A DNA stretch of 60,465 bases from a virus. Its lineage: Duplodnaviria; Heunggongvirae; Uroviricota; Caudoviricetes. This document shows positions 1 through 8,901 of this stretch, in pieces. Position numbers and translations under genes: made by a program. The stretch spans positions 72,147 to 132,611 of IMG/VR virus record IMGVR_UViG_3300031994_001875; one strand, 5' to 3'. How positions within the stretch are numbered: position 1 is the first letter of the stretch; each line of letters begins with the position of its first letter. Below the pieces are notes generated by a model that had not been told where the DNA came from, did not search any database, and was given only the letters and a program-made list of their open reading frames with translations.

Positions 1-100
1 CCATGTTATCCCAAACTAACATCTTTCGCTTTTCTCCATTCCAAGAGGTCAGTTCGGAATACTGGGGATAAATCGCATTTACATTAATCTTTTCGTACAT
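1..100 (-). CDS. hypothetical protein, runs off left edge
   Basis: Hand-translated MYEKINVNAIYPQYSELTSWNGEKRKMLVWDNM..., starts 4 nt after pncA stop. Confidence 0.55.
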   Translation of the reverse strand, partial: MYEKINVNAIYPQYSELTSWNGEKRKMLVWDNM

Positions 101-104
101 TCTT

Positions 105-644
105 TTAGTCCGCGTTGATTACATCAATCTGCTGCATAGTGAGAACATACTTGGTTGCCTTCTTACAGAACTCAATTTCTTCGGGAGTGTTACCCATAAA
201 ACCGCAACCAGCGAAATCCACAACGATTCGCTTATTTGGATATGCCATACGCAATCCGATAGCCTGAGCCATTGGGCAAATTGGCATTACAGTTCCGAAA
301 ATGTAAAATTCGTCAATGTCTTCAGCTAGACCAAAAATTTCCTTCCACTTGTCATAACCAAATGTAGTCTTTTCTACAATAATTGGATTCTTACATGCGT
401 TGAGAATAGCCTGGGTCTGCTTCCAACCTTCTGTTCCCTTGATACAATGGGGGACTGGGAGCTTCTTACCTTCAAGAGTTTCCATATATTCTTCTGTGTG
501 AGTGTCGGCAGTGAGAACCACCGGGCGTTCTGCGTTCTTACAGAGATTTACACGATATTCCAAAGTTTCTACAAACTTAGGGTTAGGAAGTGCTCCAGTT
601 TCAAAATCAATTTGATTGTCAACACCAATAATCTGTCGGGCCAT
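105..644 (-). CDS. pncA: nicotinamidase (isochorismatase-like cysteine hydrolase)
   Basis: VDNQIDF, DTH, PHCIKGT, EKTTFG and nucleophile-like PIC motifs; AAGGAG SD. Confidence 0.85.
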   Translation of the reverse strand: MARQIIGVDNQIDFETGALPNPKFVETLEYRVNLCKNAERPVVLTADTHTEEYMETLEGKKLPVPHCIKGTEGWKQTQAILNACKNPIIVEKTTFGYDKWKEIFGLAEDIDEFYIFGTVMPICPMAQAIGLRMAYPNKRIVVDFAGCGFMGNTPEEIEFCKKATKYVLTMQQIDVINAD

Positions 645-685
645 TTTTAACTCCTTGTTAAATTGTTTTTTCTTTTTGTATTGTT

Positions 686-751
686 AATATAGTAAATTTT
701 ACTGTGTTTGTCAATGGATTTTATGGATTTTTATGTAAAATTATGTTTACA
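686..751 (-). promoter_or_regulatory. sigma70-type early promoter with upstream TGTAAA-N6-TTTACA operator
   Basis: TTGACA 714-709, 17 bp, TATATT 691-686; palindrome 734-751, 19 bp upstream of -35. Confidence 0.85.
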
Positions 752-1056
752 TTACAATTAAAATCCGTTTTTATATTATCCAGTTTATTCTCAATAATTG
801 AGTTCTTTGCCAGTTGAATTAGTTTTGCTACATGTTCACGAAGTTTAGTTTCATCGTAATATGCTTCAGCTCCCCAAAAACATTTTTCTTTCTCGTTGAA
901 TGACATCGCAGATAAGATACTTCCGTCTTTGAAATTACTAGCAATTACAAACCCAGGAAAATGTTGATACTTCCCTACACTACAGTCATCGTGAACTGTA
1001 ATCGTTAAACCAAAATCTTGTGCGACCTGGTTAAAGATATTAGAACATGCTACCAA
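721..1056 (-). CDS. DF-tail family protein (with C-terminal run-on)
   Basis: ...LDNIKTDF followed by 12 extra residues reading through the operator. Confidence 0.75.
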   Translation of the reverse strand: MVACSNIFNQVAQDFGLTITVHDDCSVGKYQHFPGFVIASNFKDGSILSAMSFNEKEKCFWGAEAYYDETKLREHVAKLIQLAKNSIIENKLDNIKTDFNCNVNIILHKNP

Positions 1057-1762
1057 TTTGCCATCCTAGATTGTATTTGTCATTTGCTTCTTTACAGAGA
1101 ACTTCAATATCACCACCTGCTAAAATCTTCTTTCGCAATTCCAACAGAACTGGTTCATATTCTTTCTTGTTCAGTTCCATAAACGCATCAAACTTATCAA
1201 TTTCGGAACTGAATTCGTCAAAATTCCATTCCTTGTTATCCCAATATCGGTAGTTAGTTGGGCATGTGGCGACTGGAACCATAATGCCATCAATGGCTTC
1301 TTCACCGAGTTCTTTATCAATTTGTGCGGAAAAATCGGGGATTGTATAACCTGGCATTTCCATTTTAGTAACGATAATTGGTTTCTTTAATCTGATCTGG
1401 TTCTTGTTTCGTGTACCAAGCCAAATCTTCAAACAAGGACCATTACTAGCATACTTTGTTAGTGTTGGGTCAAAATAGTTAAAATTGTCAATGGTGGGTG
1501 CGATAATTTCATAAAAATCTTCACCATTATCAAACTGGTTGTATAACTTTGTTCGCATTTCATCAGGTGTGAGAATTGGATTGAGTTTACCGCCGAGGTC
1601 AGTATTACCCCAGGCTTTACAACCATACTTTTCACACAATTCATAAATCTTATTATATGCTAACAACCATTCACCAATGGCTTCAGGATTCTTAACATCC
1701 TTTGGGTCATAACTGTCCGCATCGGGATAGTGACGATAATACTTATCTTCCAATACCATCAT
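1040..1762 (-). CDS. hypothetical protein
   Basis: 240 aa ORF, GGAG SD, coupled to neighbour. Confidence 0.75.
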   Translation of the reverse strand: MMVLEDKYYRHYPDADSYDPKDVKNPEAIGEWLLAYNKIYELCEKYGCKAWGNTDLGGKLNPILTPDEMRTKLYNQFDNGEDFYEIIAPTIDNFNYFDPTLTKYASNGPCLKIWLGTRNKNQIRLKKPIIVTKMEMPGYTIPDFSAQIDKELGEEAIDGIMVPVATCPTNYRYWDNKEWNFDEFSSEIDKFDAFMELNKKEYEPVLLELRKKILAGGDIEVLCKEANDKYNLGWQIGSMF

Positions 1763-1776
1763 AATTGAAATTCTCC

Positions 1777-2148
1777 TTATTTCATTGGATGTTTGAGTTT
1801 AATTTCTTTAATAACTTGTATAGATTGTGCTATATATGTTCTGCCATCTAAACATTTAACTGTTATCGGACTATTCTTACCCGAATAGTATCGTCCTTCA
1901 CATGTTTCACCATTTGGTTCAATATGAATAACATAAGCAGTTCTTTGTCTTTCTTCTGCTGACTCTCGGTCCCATTTAAACATATAATGGCACCCGACGA
2001 TTTCTAACACATACAAAATACCAATTATTACAAAAACAACTTTTTCGCTGAAATATCCTTCCAACTCAGCACCAGCGAAAAAATTAAATAGTGTGCCTAA
2101 AACACCAACCATCAATAATATCATAACTATTTCTTTAAAAATATCCAT
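1777..2148 (-). CDS. membrane protein, two N-terminal TM segments
   Basis: Two hydrophobic stretches; TAATG coupling. Confidence 0.7.
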   Translation of the reverse strand: MDIFKEIVMILLMVGVLGTLFNFFAGAELEGYFSEKVVFVIIGILYVLEIVGCHYMFKWDRESAEERQRTAYVIHIEPNGETCEGRYYSGKNSPITVKCLDGRTYIAQSIQVIKEIKLKHPMK

Positions 2149-2525
2149 TAGAAATCTTCCTTGATTTTATCAATGTCAATCTGATTTACATAGGCTTTCA
2201 AATCTTTTATACTCTCAGTTAACATCTTTTTAAATTCTTCAAAGTTCTTTGGATGTTTAGCAGCATATTCTCCGTTTTCAACGCGCTGGTAAATTTCCAT
2301 AAATTCATCAAACCCATTAGTAAATTCATAGATTGAAGGTTCTATTTCAGTTGGTTTCATTGGTTCTGTCAAATCAACCAAATAGAATGTATACTGCCCA
2401 TGTTTGAATGACCAACCATTAGTCTGACTATCATTATCATAATCTTCTTCATCAGAACTATTATAATATAGTCCCTGGTCTTTCATAAACTGGCGGTAAT
2501 CTTTTAATGTAACTTTTTTCTTCAT
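2148..2525 (-). CDS. DF-tail family protein
   Basis: ends IDKIKEDF. Confidence 0.8.
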   Translation of the reverse strand: MKKKVTLKDYRQFMKDQGLYYNSSDEEDYDNDSQTNGWSFKHGQYTFYLVDLTEPMKPTEIEPSIYEFTNGFDEFMEIYQRVENGEYAAKHPKNFEEFKKMLTESIKDLKAYVNQIDIDKIKEDF

Positions 2526-2905
2526 TCAAAATCTTCCTTTAAGTCTTTGAGATTTTGCCATTCCAAATACTGCTTATAATTCTTTGAAAAATTAATTAGA
2601 TAGTTCTTAAAAATTTCCAAATACTTATAATTGAATCTTATACCACACATAGACCAATCAGGATGGTCATCTTTATTGAATTGGAACCTCCAACATTCAG
2701 TATCACCATCCGTAAAGGTTTTAATGATACCCAAAATTTCGTTTTTATGTGTTGGAAGTTTCATTGTATGAAACACCTGGAATGTGTATGTATCTTTTAA
2801 ATCAGTATAGTCTTTTCGTGCTACTGTATAACCCAGGTCCCGAGCAGTCTTTTCAAGAGCATTAATAAATTCAGTTTCGCTCATTTTTCTAAGTTTAAGC
2901 ATCAC
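2522..2905 (-). CDS. DF-tail family protein
   Basis: ends LKDLKEDFE. Confidence 0.8.
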   Translation of the reverse strand: MMLKLRKMSETEFINALEKTARDLGYTVARKDYTDLKDTYTFQVFHTMKLPTHKNEILGIIKTFTDGDTECWRFQFNKDDHPDWSMCGIRFNYKYLEIFKNYLINFSKNYKQYLEWQNLKDLKEDFE

Positions 2906-3077
2906 GCAACTCCGTTCTAATTTCTGTTACAGAAATACCAGCAGGTCCGAAAACCTTTTCCCGGCAACGATTTACACAATTCTTGAATGTTTCAGCATCG
3001 TCATCGTTTTCAATTTTGGCTTCGTAATCGTTATGTCCATCTGTGAATTTGAAATAGTGAATAAACTTGGAAACCAT
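2895..3077 (-). CDS. hypothetical protein
   Basis: Start moved to MVSKFIHY (TAATG overlap with upstream stop). Confidence 0.6.
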   Translation of the reverse strand: MVSKFIHYFKFTDGHNDYEAKIENDDDAETFKNCVNRCREKVFGPAGISVTEIRTELRDA

Positions 3078-3448
3078 TAAAAGAAATTCTCCTGCCATTC
3101 TTCATATTCTTCTTTTGTCTGTAATGGCTCCTTGGTAGATACCCAACTCCAATCCTTACCATAAGAAGAACCATAACCCATATTATCTGGGTCATCTGAT
3201 AAATCTTCAGCAGAGAAATTGATAATGTTATCACCGAGTTCATTGAAAACCATAGCAATAAAATATGGCGAAGTATCAATGTTATCTACCAAATTGGTTT
3301 TTACATCAGTCCAAAATTTATTCCATTCTTCTTCATTTTCTACCGTTCCATCAATACGATTAAACTGTTCATCGTATTTCTTTTCGGCCCATGATTCAAC
3401 GCCTGGGGAGTTATCTTTCGTTACATAGATTACAGTCTTAAACTTCAT
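3077..3448 (-). CDS. acidic hypothetical protein
   Basis: 123 aa, GGAG SD. Confidence 0.7.
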   Translation of the reverse strand: MKFKTVIYVTKDNSPGVESWAEKKYDEQFNRIDGTVENEEEWNKFWTDVKTNLVDNIDTSPYFIAMVFNELGDNIINFSAEDLSDDPDNMGYGSSYGKDWSWVSTKEPLQTKEEYEEWQENFF

Positions 3449-3460
3449 AGTTATTTCTCC

Positions 3461-3880
3461 TTATTTGAAATCTTTGTCAGCATCCATTTCTAGTTTGTTT
3501 GCTTTTTGTTTCTTGTTATGTGTTTCTAAAAAAGTGATATGGGAATCAAAATCGTCAATTTGTTTACGGAATTTCTTCAGTCGCCATTTCACCAAGAACA
3601 AATAAAATTCGTGTTCACTTGAGTGCCAATCTTCAGGTTTGATAGTATTATTTTCAACATTCATTGATAATTCAGGATACAAATTAATTTTCTTTACATA
3701 CTGAACACCATCTCTTGTAATAATATCTTCAAATTCAATATAGCCAACTGGTACTTTACCCTGTTTGCATCGTGTATCGTATGTAAGAATTACGAATCTC
3801 TTTGAGTAATTGTATGTACACAATTCAATCAAATAGCCGTATTTATTACACACTTTTTCTACTTTGTCATAACGAAACAT
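3461..3880 (-). CDS. DF-tail family protein
   Basis: ends LEMDADKDFK. Confidence 0.8.
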   Translation of the reverse strand: MFRYDKVEKVCNKYGYLIELCTYNYSKRFVILTYDTRCKQGKVPVGYIEFEDIITRDGVQYVKKINLYPELSMNVENNTIKPEDWHSSEHEFYLFLVKWRLKKFRKQIDDFDSHITFLETHNKKQKANKLEMDADKDFK

Positions 3881-3883
3881 ACA

Positions 3884-4102
3884 CTATCCCCTGAAAATGT
3901 AGCCGTGTTCTTTCCAGTCTACATAGGTCATAAATCCCCAAATGATAGCGGAAATTGGGCAACAGAAAATATTGGCTAATGTAATGATTACATCTGTAAT
4001 GAGCATGAACTTTAGCATATTCGTGCTTCGCAGGAATAGCCCCAGGAATGGCCCGAGATGAACTACAATGTTAGCAATCATTAACAGTGAAATCAATTCC
4101 AT
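3884..4102 (-). CDS. small membrane protein
   Basis: 72 aa, 2-3 hydrophobic segments. Confidence 0.65.
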   Translation of the reverse strand: MELISLLMIANIVVHLGPFLGLFLRSTNMLKFMLITDVIITLANIFCCPISAIIWGFMTYVDWKEHGYIFRG

Positions 4103-5223
4103 TAGTCATTCTCCTTCTTGCGAAGCCAATCCTTGATAATCATTTCGTGGTGGAAAGCCAGCTTTGGCAAATCGTTAATGTTGAACCAACGATGTTCAGC
4201 AGCATCGTCATCAGCTTTGGCCTTGTCCATCATCTTCTTTGGAATACGAACACTAAACGCAGTATCAACAATCTTCATACGCGGGTCAAAATTGTGTCCA
4301 TAGGTCTTAATTTGTACGAACTGTTCCGGGTCCATATCAAGAGATGTTTCTTCACGAAGTTCTCGGGCAGCACCATAATTCAAATCTTCGTCGGTCTTTT
4401 CAAAGAAACCACCAGGGAGTGCCCAAAAGTTTTGGAATGGAGGTTTCTTTCTACGAATTAGCAAAATCTGTTCGCCATTGTAAGCAATCGTATCTGTGGT
4501 GACCGATGGTTCACCCCAACCATTCTTCTGCTTGGCTACTGCGTAATCCTGAAGAAATTTTGCTTCTTCCTTGTCATAGTCAAACGAATTTTGGTTGTAG
4601 AGTTTGTGTTCCTTGATATAACGGAAAGCCTGGTGAGTGATATAATTCTTCACATCTTCATAGTGGCAATCGGGGTTGCGGGAAAGAATTTCACGAACCT
4701 GAGACGAACTAACAGAATGGGTAATGTTGAAAGTTGTAAATTCAACATTCACACCAAACTTTGGCATAGTATGAACCACACCATTATCATTGAAGCCCTG
4801 TTCAAATCCCATTCGGCGGAAAACCAAAAAATTGAAATGCTTCAAAAGCAAATCCCAGTTCACCCATTTGGCATCACACAAAGCCTTCCATTCATCTTCA
4901 CCAACAACAATCGTAATGTCCTTCATGGTCAAACCATTGTTAGCTGCGATATAATCACACAAGAACTTGTATGTCCTATCACTCTGGCTCTTAACTTCAA
5001 TGTTGCCCTTTTCCATATCAAACTTGGAATGGAGCATTTCAAACACCATAGCCATTCGGTCGGAACCGAGAGCCTTGTAATTCTTTTCGTCATTGTTTAC
5101 CACACCAATCATGAGTTTATCATTCTCACCAAGGCGCTTGTAAATGGATTTAAGAATGTCAATGTGGGCAATAGTAATTGGGTCAGCGGAAAGACCATAG
5201 TAATAAATCATAATTAGTTCCAT
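4102..5223 (-). CDS. nadD: bifunctional nicotinate/nicotinamide-nucleotide adenylyltransferase (NadD-like) + Nudix (ADP-ribose pyrophosphatase-like)
   Basis: N-term ADPITIAH (HIGH-like), VVGED, SSSQVR; C-term LPGGFFEKTDEDLNYGAARELREET Nudix box. Confidence 0.85.
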   Translation of the reverse strand: MELIMIYYYGLSADPITIAHIDILKSIYKRLGENDKLMIGVVNNDEKNYKALGSDRMAMVFEMLHSKFDMEKGNIEVKSQSDRTYKFLCDYIAANNGLTMKDITIVVGEDEWKALCDAKWVNWDLLLKHFNFLVFRRMGFEQGFNDNGVVHTMPKFGVNVEFTTFNITHSVSSSQVREILSRNPDCHYEDVKNYITHQAFRYIKEHKLYNQNSFDYDKEEAKFLQDYAVAKQKNGWGEPSVTTDTIAYNGEQILLIRRKKPPFQNFWALPGGFFEKTDEDLNYGAARELREETSLDMDPEQFVQIKTYGHNFDPRMKIVDTAFSVRIPKKMMDKAKADDDAAEHRWFNINDLPKLAFHHEMIIKDWLRKKEND

Positions 5224-5468
5224 CCTTTCATTTTGAGAATTTGATTCTTTTCTTCAGTTTCATTTTCCATGTGGAGCAAAACAACATTTTCGCCAAAACG
5301 ATAAGCCCAAATGCGTTCATCATCCCACAAAGATTTATGTTCGGCAATATGCTCAAATGCCTCATCCACATCATTGAAATCTTCGCAAATGTGGTGAGTT
5401 ACATTTGAAACCCGCCAAAAATCGGCGTTTCTTGGTTGCCATTCAAGCAGATATTCAAACTGTGCCAT
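5214..5468 (-). CDS. hypothetical protein, first gene after early promoter
   Basis: Start moved to MAQFEYLLEW (AGAGGT SD). Confidence 0.7.
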   Translation of the reverse strand: MAQFEYLLEWQPRNADFWRVSNVTHHICEDFNDVDEAFEHIAEHKSLWDDERIWAYRFGENVVLLHMENETEEKNQILKMKGWN

Positions 5469-5499
5469 AGTTGTTACCTCTTTTCTAAGTTCTAAGTAT

Positions 5500-5565
5500 A
5501 ATATAGAAAAAATTGGGCTATTTGTCAATAGCCCAATGTTAAAAAATTGTAAATAATTGTTTACA
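5500..5565 (-). promoter_or_regulatory. early promoter + terminator hairpin + operator
   Basis: TTGACA 5528-5523, 17 bp, TATATT 5505-5500; 11-bp hairpin 5512-5537; palindrome 5548-5565 (19 bp). Confidence 0.85.
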
Positions 5566-6180
5566 TTAATTGAAATCTGATTTAATTTTATCGTAAGTAT
5601 CAATCATTTGTAGTGTTTTTTCTTCAAGTTCTTTAATGGAATCTCGCATTTCTGTTAATTTTTCAAGATTTGCCATAATTCCACCATCTTTAAGCATTTT
5701 ACACAAATGTTTAACACAGTTAAACCCGTTTTTCATTTTTTCTTCACTATCTTTAAGAAATTTTCTTGCTGTAGAAAATCCTGAAAAGTGATTCTCATAA
5801 ACTGGTATCATTCGGTGATAATCATTCTGCTCAACTAAATTATATTTGCCTTCAATGTTAAAGATAAAATACTTACAAACTGTGTTCCAACCATCAACAA
5901 TCCATTTATTATTATTTGGTTCATAACCAAATCTAAAACGCAAACATTCAGCATCTTCCCAGTCTTCAATTAGTGGTGTTTGTTCAATTATCTTACGAAT
6001 TGAAGGTTTCAAATCACCACACCAACCGGTTAATGAGAAATAATCTTTGTCTTTATAATGAGTCAAAGATAATTTGTTTGTTAGATTATAACTAGGAAAT
6101 AGTTTATGGAAAATATCTGCGATAACAGATAAATCTATTTCTTCGTTGCAGTATTGAACATCATTTGTTATAGTAATCAT
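5566..6180 (-). CDS. DF-tail family protein, long coiled-coil type
   Basis: ends YDKIKSDFN; last gene of operon. Confidence 0.8.
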   Translation of the reverse strand: MITITNDVQYCNEEIDLSVIADIFHKLFPSYNLTNKLSLTHYKDKDYFSLTGWCGDLKPSIRKIIEQTPLIEDWEDAECLRFRFGYEPNNNKWIVDGWNTVCKYFIFNIEGKYNLVEQNDYHRMIPVYENHFSGFSTARKFLKDSEEKMKNGFNCVKHLCKMLKDGGIMANLEKLTEMRDSIKELEEKTLQMIDTYDKIKSDFN

Positions 6181-6311
6181 ACCATTTTCTTTTTGATTAG
6201 TTCATCAATGTTTCTGCGTAAATTTTTGATAGTTCTCTTTTCCTGTTTGAAAAAGTAAACTGTGGCTGTTATACCCAAAACACCAAATAAAACTTTAACT
6301 AATTTCTTCAT
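6177..6311 (-). CDS. small membrane protein (44 aa, not in ORF track)
   Basis: MKKLVKVLFGVLGITATVYFFKQEKRTIKNLRRNIDELIKKKMV; ATGA overlap with next gene. Confidence 0.6.
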   Translation of the reverse strand: MKKLVKVLFGVLGITATVYFFKQEKRTIKNLRRNIDELIKKKMV

Positions 6312-6744
6312 AATATCCTTCTTCAAAGTGGTCTAAACATTCTTCAATAATTGGTTGTAAAGATTTATAGAATAAACGAATATCGTCAGTCCACTTGTAA
6401 TTGACTACTTCCGGGACCATTCTACCGTGTAATTCAAATGTACTATCACAATGTAATGACCCAATGTCAAGATCTGAGAACATCAAATAAACATACAAAT
6501 CTTTATTCTTGATATACTGAAAAAGTCCACAATCATAAATTTGTTCATTCTTGATTTTATATCCGGTTTCTTCTTGTAATTCACGAATTGCGGCATTCAA
6601 GGTGGTTTCACCCTTTTCAATATGTCCTTTTGGTATATCGTAATTACCAAAACAGTTGGCCTTTCTTCCATTTGGCTGGCAAGCCAAAATCTGTTTTGGA
6701 TTCTTTTTATTCACAATAATAAAACCACAACTTAATTCTTTCAT
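6295..6744 (-). CDS. Nudix hydrolase
   Basis: PKGHIEKGETTLNAAIRELQEETG Nudix box; start at MKELSCG. Confidence 0.85.
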   Translation of the reverse strand: MKELSCGFIIVNKKNPKQILACQPNGRKANCFGNYDIPKGHIEKGETTLNAAIRELQEETGYKIKNEQIYDCGLFQYIKNKDLYVYLMFSDLDIGSLHCDSTFELHGRMVPEVVNYKWTDDIRLFYKSLQPIIEECLDHFEEGYYEEIS

Positions 6745-6804
6745 AAAATTTTCCTTTAATCTATTTATTAGCCACAAAACCAATGAATAAACCAAAGGTG
6801 AATT

Positions 6805-7053
6805 TTATTGTGGCTGGAAACTTGTTCGCAACATATTGTCTAGTTCTTCAAAAGACCTAATATCCCAGGCAACTTTGTTTCCCAACTTGTCATACATGTA
6901 TATAATCTTTTGACCTGGGTTATTACACATCATTAAATCGTATGCTGCGAGACGAAATTCCTTCTCTCCCATACGAACACCAACTAGGGCACCCTTGTCA
7001 TTTTTCAAATATACTGGTTCTACAATTTGGGGGGTTTTCTTTTTCCAAAACAT
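6805..7053 (-). CDS. hypothetical protein
   Basis: 82 aa, GAGG SD. Confidence 0.6.
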   Translation of the reverse strand: MFWKKKTPQIVEPVYLKNDKGALVGVRMGEKEFRLAAYDLMMCNNPGQKIIYMYDKLGNKVAWDIRSFEELDNMLRTSFQPQ

Positions 7054-7063
7054 TGTGTACCTC

Positions 7064-7396
7064 TCAATTAAAATCTTTCTTTATGGCTAGTTCATTTACA
7101 AATGCTTTTATTTCTTTAACTAAAAGGTCTGTATTCACATCTTTCTTAATCAATTCAAGAACTTTTGTTGTTATTACATTTTCTGTTTTAGACTTGACTA
7201 TTTCTAAAATATAATCAATATCTAACTTTTGACCTTCAACTGAACAGAAACCTTCGTAATCAAATTCTTCAATAAAAGCCCGTAAAAGATTATTGTTATG
7301 GGTAGAATACAGATTATAAAATTTGAGTAAGTAGACTCCATTATGTTGTATATGGAATCTAATCTCACTCAATTTTTTATAATCCATAACATCCAT
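7064..7396 (-). CDS. DF-tail family protein
   Basis: ends ELAIKKDFN. Confidence 0.75.
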   Translation of the reverse strand: MDVMDYKKLSEIRFHIQHNGVYLLKFYNLYSTHNNNLLRAFIEEFDYEGFCSVEGQKLDIDYILEIVKSKTENVITTKVLELIKKDVNTDLLVKEIKAFVNELAIKKDFN

Positions 7397-8805
7397 TAAG
7401 CGGATTCACCCACTGGAGTGTAGATGTCCTTGAGCCAAACATCCACGAAAGCAGGGAGCAGAGCACGAATTTCTTCAGTAGTCATATCGTCAATGCTCTT
7501 ATAGTTGTAGACCGACTTAACATAGTTGATGTAGCCTTCATCGTGGCACATAGTCTTACCAATGCTATCCGAGAGCTTCACAACTGGCTTGCCATTCACT
7601 TCCACAACCTTCATAACCATGCTCAATGGCTTCTTCTTTGTTCCACATACAGTGGCACCGAGATATGTTCCGATACCGAAAGCAATCTTGATGCGACCAT
7701 TGAAGTGCTTTGCGATGGCGAGAGCCTTGTCAATGTCAAGACTATCACTCCAACATGCCACCTTAGAACGAGGGTCAATGCCCAACTTCTTGTAATGGGC
7801 AATCAACATTTCACCCCAGCGAATTGGGTCACCGCTATCGTGACGGCAACCATCAAAGAGTTTTGCGAACTTGAGACCGAAATCTTCCAAGAAACTCTTG
7901 AAACCATAGTTGTCGCTGAGTGCGATACCCAACTTGCCATCGTATTCGTCTGCCCAATCTGTGAGCTTCTGCTTCTGGGCATTAGCAATAGGAACACTAT
8001 CCAATCCCTGGTAGGTAGCATCCAATTCGTGAGCGAAGGTGCCAATCGCCTTGCAGTTATGCTTAATGGCGAGATACACATTAGATGTTCCAACAAATGC
8101 CGGGCACATAGCCAACATGCGACCAACCATATAATCTTCCCAGTCGCTAGAAATCGTGCGGCGAACAGAGAAATCGGAAATCGTGAAAATAATGCCAGCT
8201 CGGGTAGCAGCATTGACCTTAATAATTTCGTTGTCAAGATTCGTTTTTGCTTTTTCCCAATCAAGTTCTTCATCGGCCATCCAAAGAGCCTGAACGATAT
8301 GGAGAACATAAATTTCAAACGGAGAAACATTCTTTTGAGAACCTTCTGCTTCTACAAAGAGTGTGGTATTCTTCTTGTCAGTAAAACACTTGATATGACG
8401 GCGCTTCAACTGGAAATCTTCAAGAAATTCCACATAATCGTGAGAGAAATAATCCTGCTTCTTAAACCAATCCAATTCCCAAGACTGGAACTTCAAAGAA
8501 CAAAGCCAATCCAATTCCTCGTTAATTCGCTTACAGAGTGGAGCGAGATTCACACCCTTGGTTCGGCACTTAAATTCCCACTTCGCTCTATCGTTTGGGC
8601 GACGGTGAACATAAAATTGCTGCTGGGTGAACTTGTAGAGGTCAGTTTCTGTAAGATAGTTTATGATATGCTTGTGAGCATAAAAATCCGCACCATCATG
8701 TACCTTGAGCCTAGTGGGCTTCTTCGTGGTGGTGGCTACCTTCTTTGCCTGCTTCTGCTTCTTAATGTCATTCTTCTTAATCTGCTTTGCCTTTGTAATT
8801 GCCAT
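7396..8805 (-). CDS. pncB: nicotinate phosphoribosyltransferase
   Basis: TDLYKFT, DFSVRR, GTSN, GTFAHE, RHDSGDP, FGIGT, VKLSD motifs. Confidence 0.93.
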   Translation of the reverse strand: MAITKAKQIKKNDIKKQKQAKKVATTTKKPTRLKVHDGADFYAHKHIINYLTETDLYKFTQQQFYVHRRPNDRAKWEFKCRTKGVNLAPLCKRINEELDWLCSLKFQSWELDWFKKQDYFSHDYVEFLEDFQLKRRHIKCFTDKKNTTLFVEAEGSQKNVSPFEIYVLHIVQALWMADEELDWEKAKTNLDNEIIKVNAATRAGIIFTISDFSVRRTISSDWEDYMVGRMLAMCPAFVGTSNVYLAIKHNCKAIGTFAHELDATYQGLDSVPIANAQKQKLTDWADEYDGKLGIALSDNYGFKSFLEDFGLKFAKLFDGCRHDSGDPIRWGEMLIAHYKKLGIDPRSKVACWSDSLDIDKALAIAKHFNGRIKIAFGIGTYLGATVCGTKKKPLSMVMKVVEVNGKPVVKLSDSIGKTMCHDEGYINYVKSVYNYKSIDDMTTEEIRALLPAFVDVWLKDIYTPVGESA

Positions 8806-8835
8806 AATTTACCTCTTTGTTTAAAGTTTGAGTAT

Positions 8836-8901
8836 AATATAGTAAATTGTTAGTCCATTGTCAATAGAAATAATGTAAAATTATGTAAAAATTTATTTAC
8901 A
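8836..8901 (-). promoter_or_regulatory. early promoter + operator
   Basis: TTGACA 8864-8859, 17 bp, TATATT 8841-8836; palindrome 8884-8901 (19 bp); extra half-site 8874-8879. Confidence 0.85.

Noticed and set aside
7543-8853. 436-aa plus-strand ORF, and similar ones at 4591-5217, 20164-20847, 44732-45259
   Set aside because: Antisense shadows of well-supported minus-strand genes; no motifs, SD or promoter.
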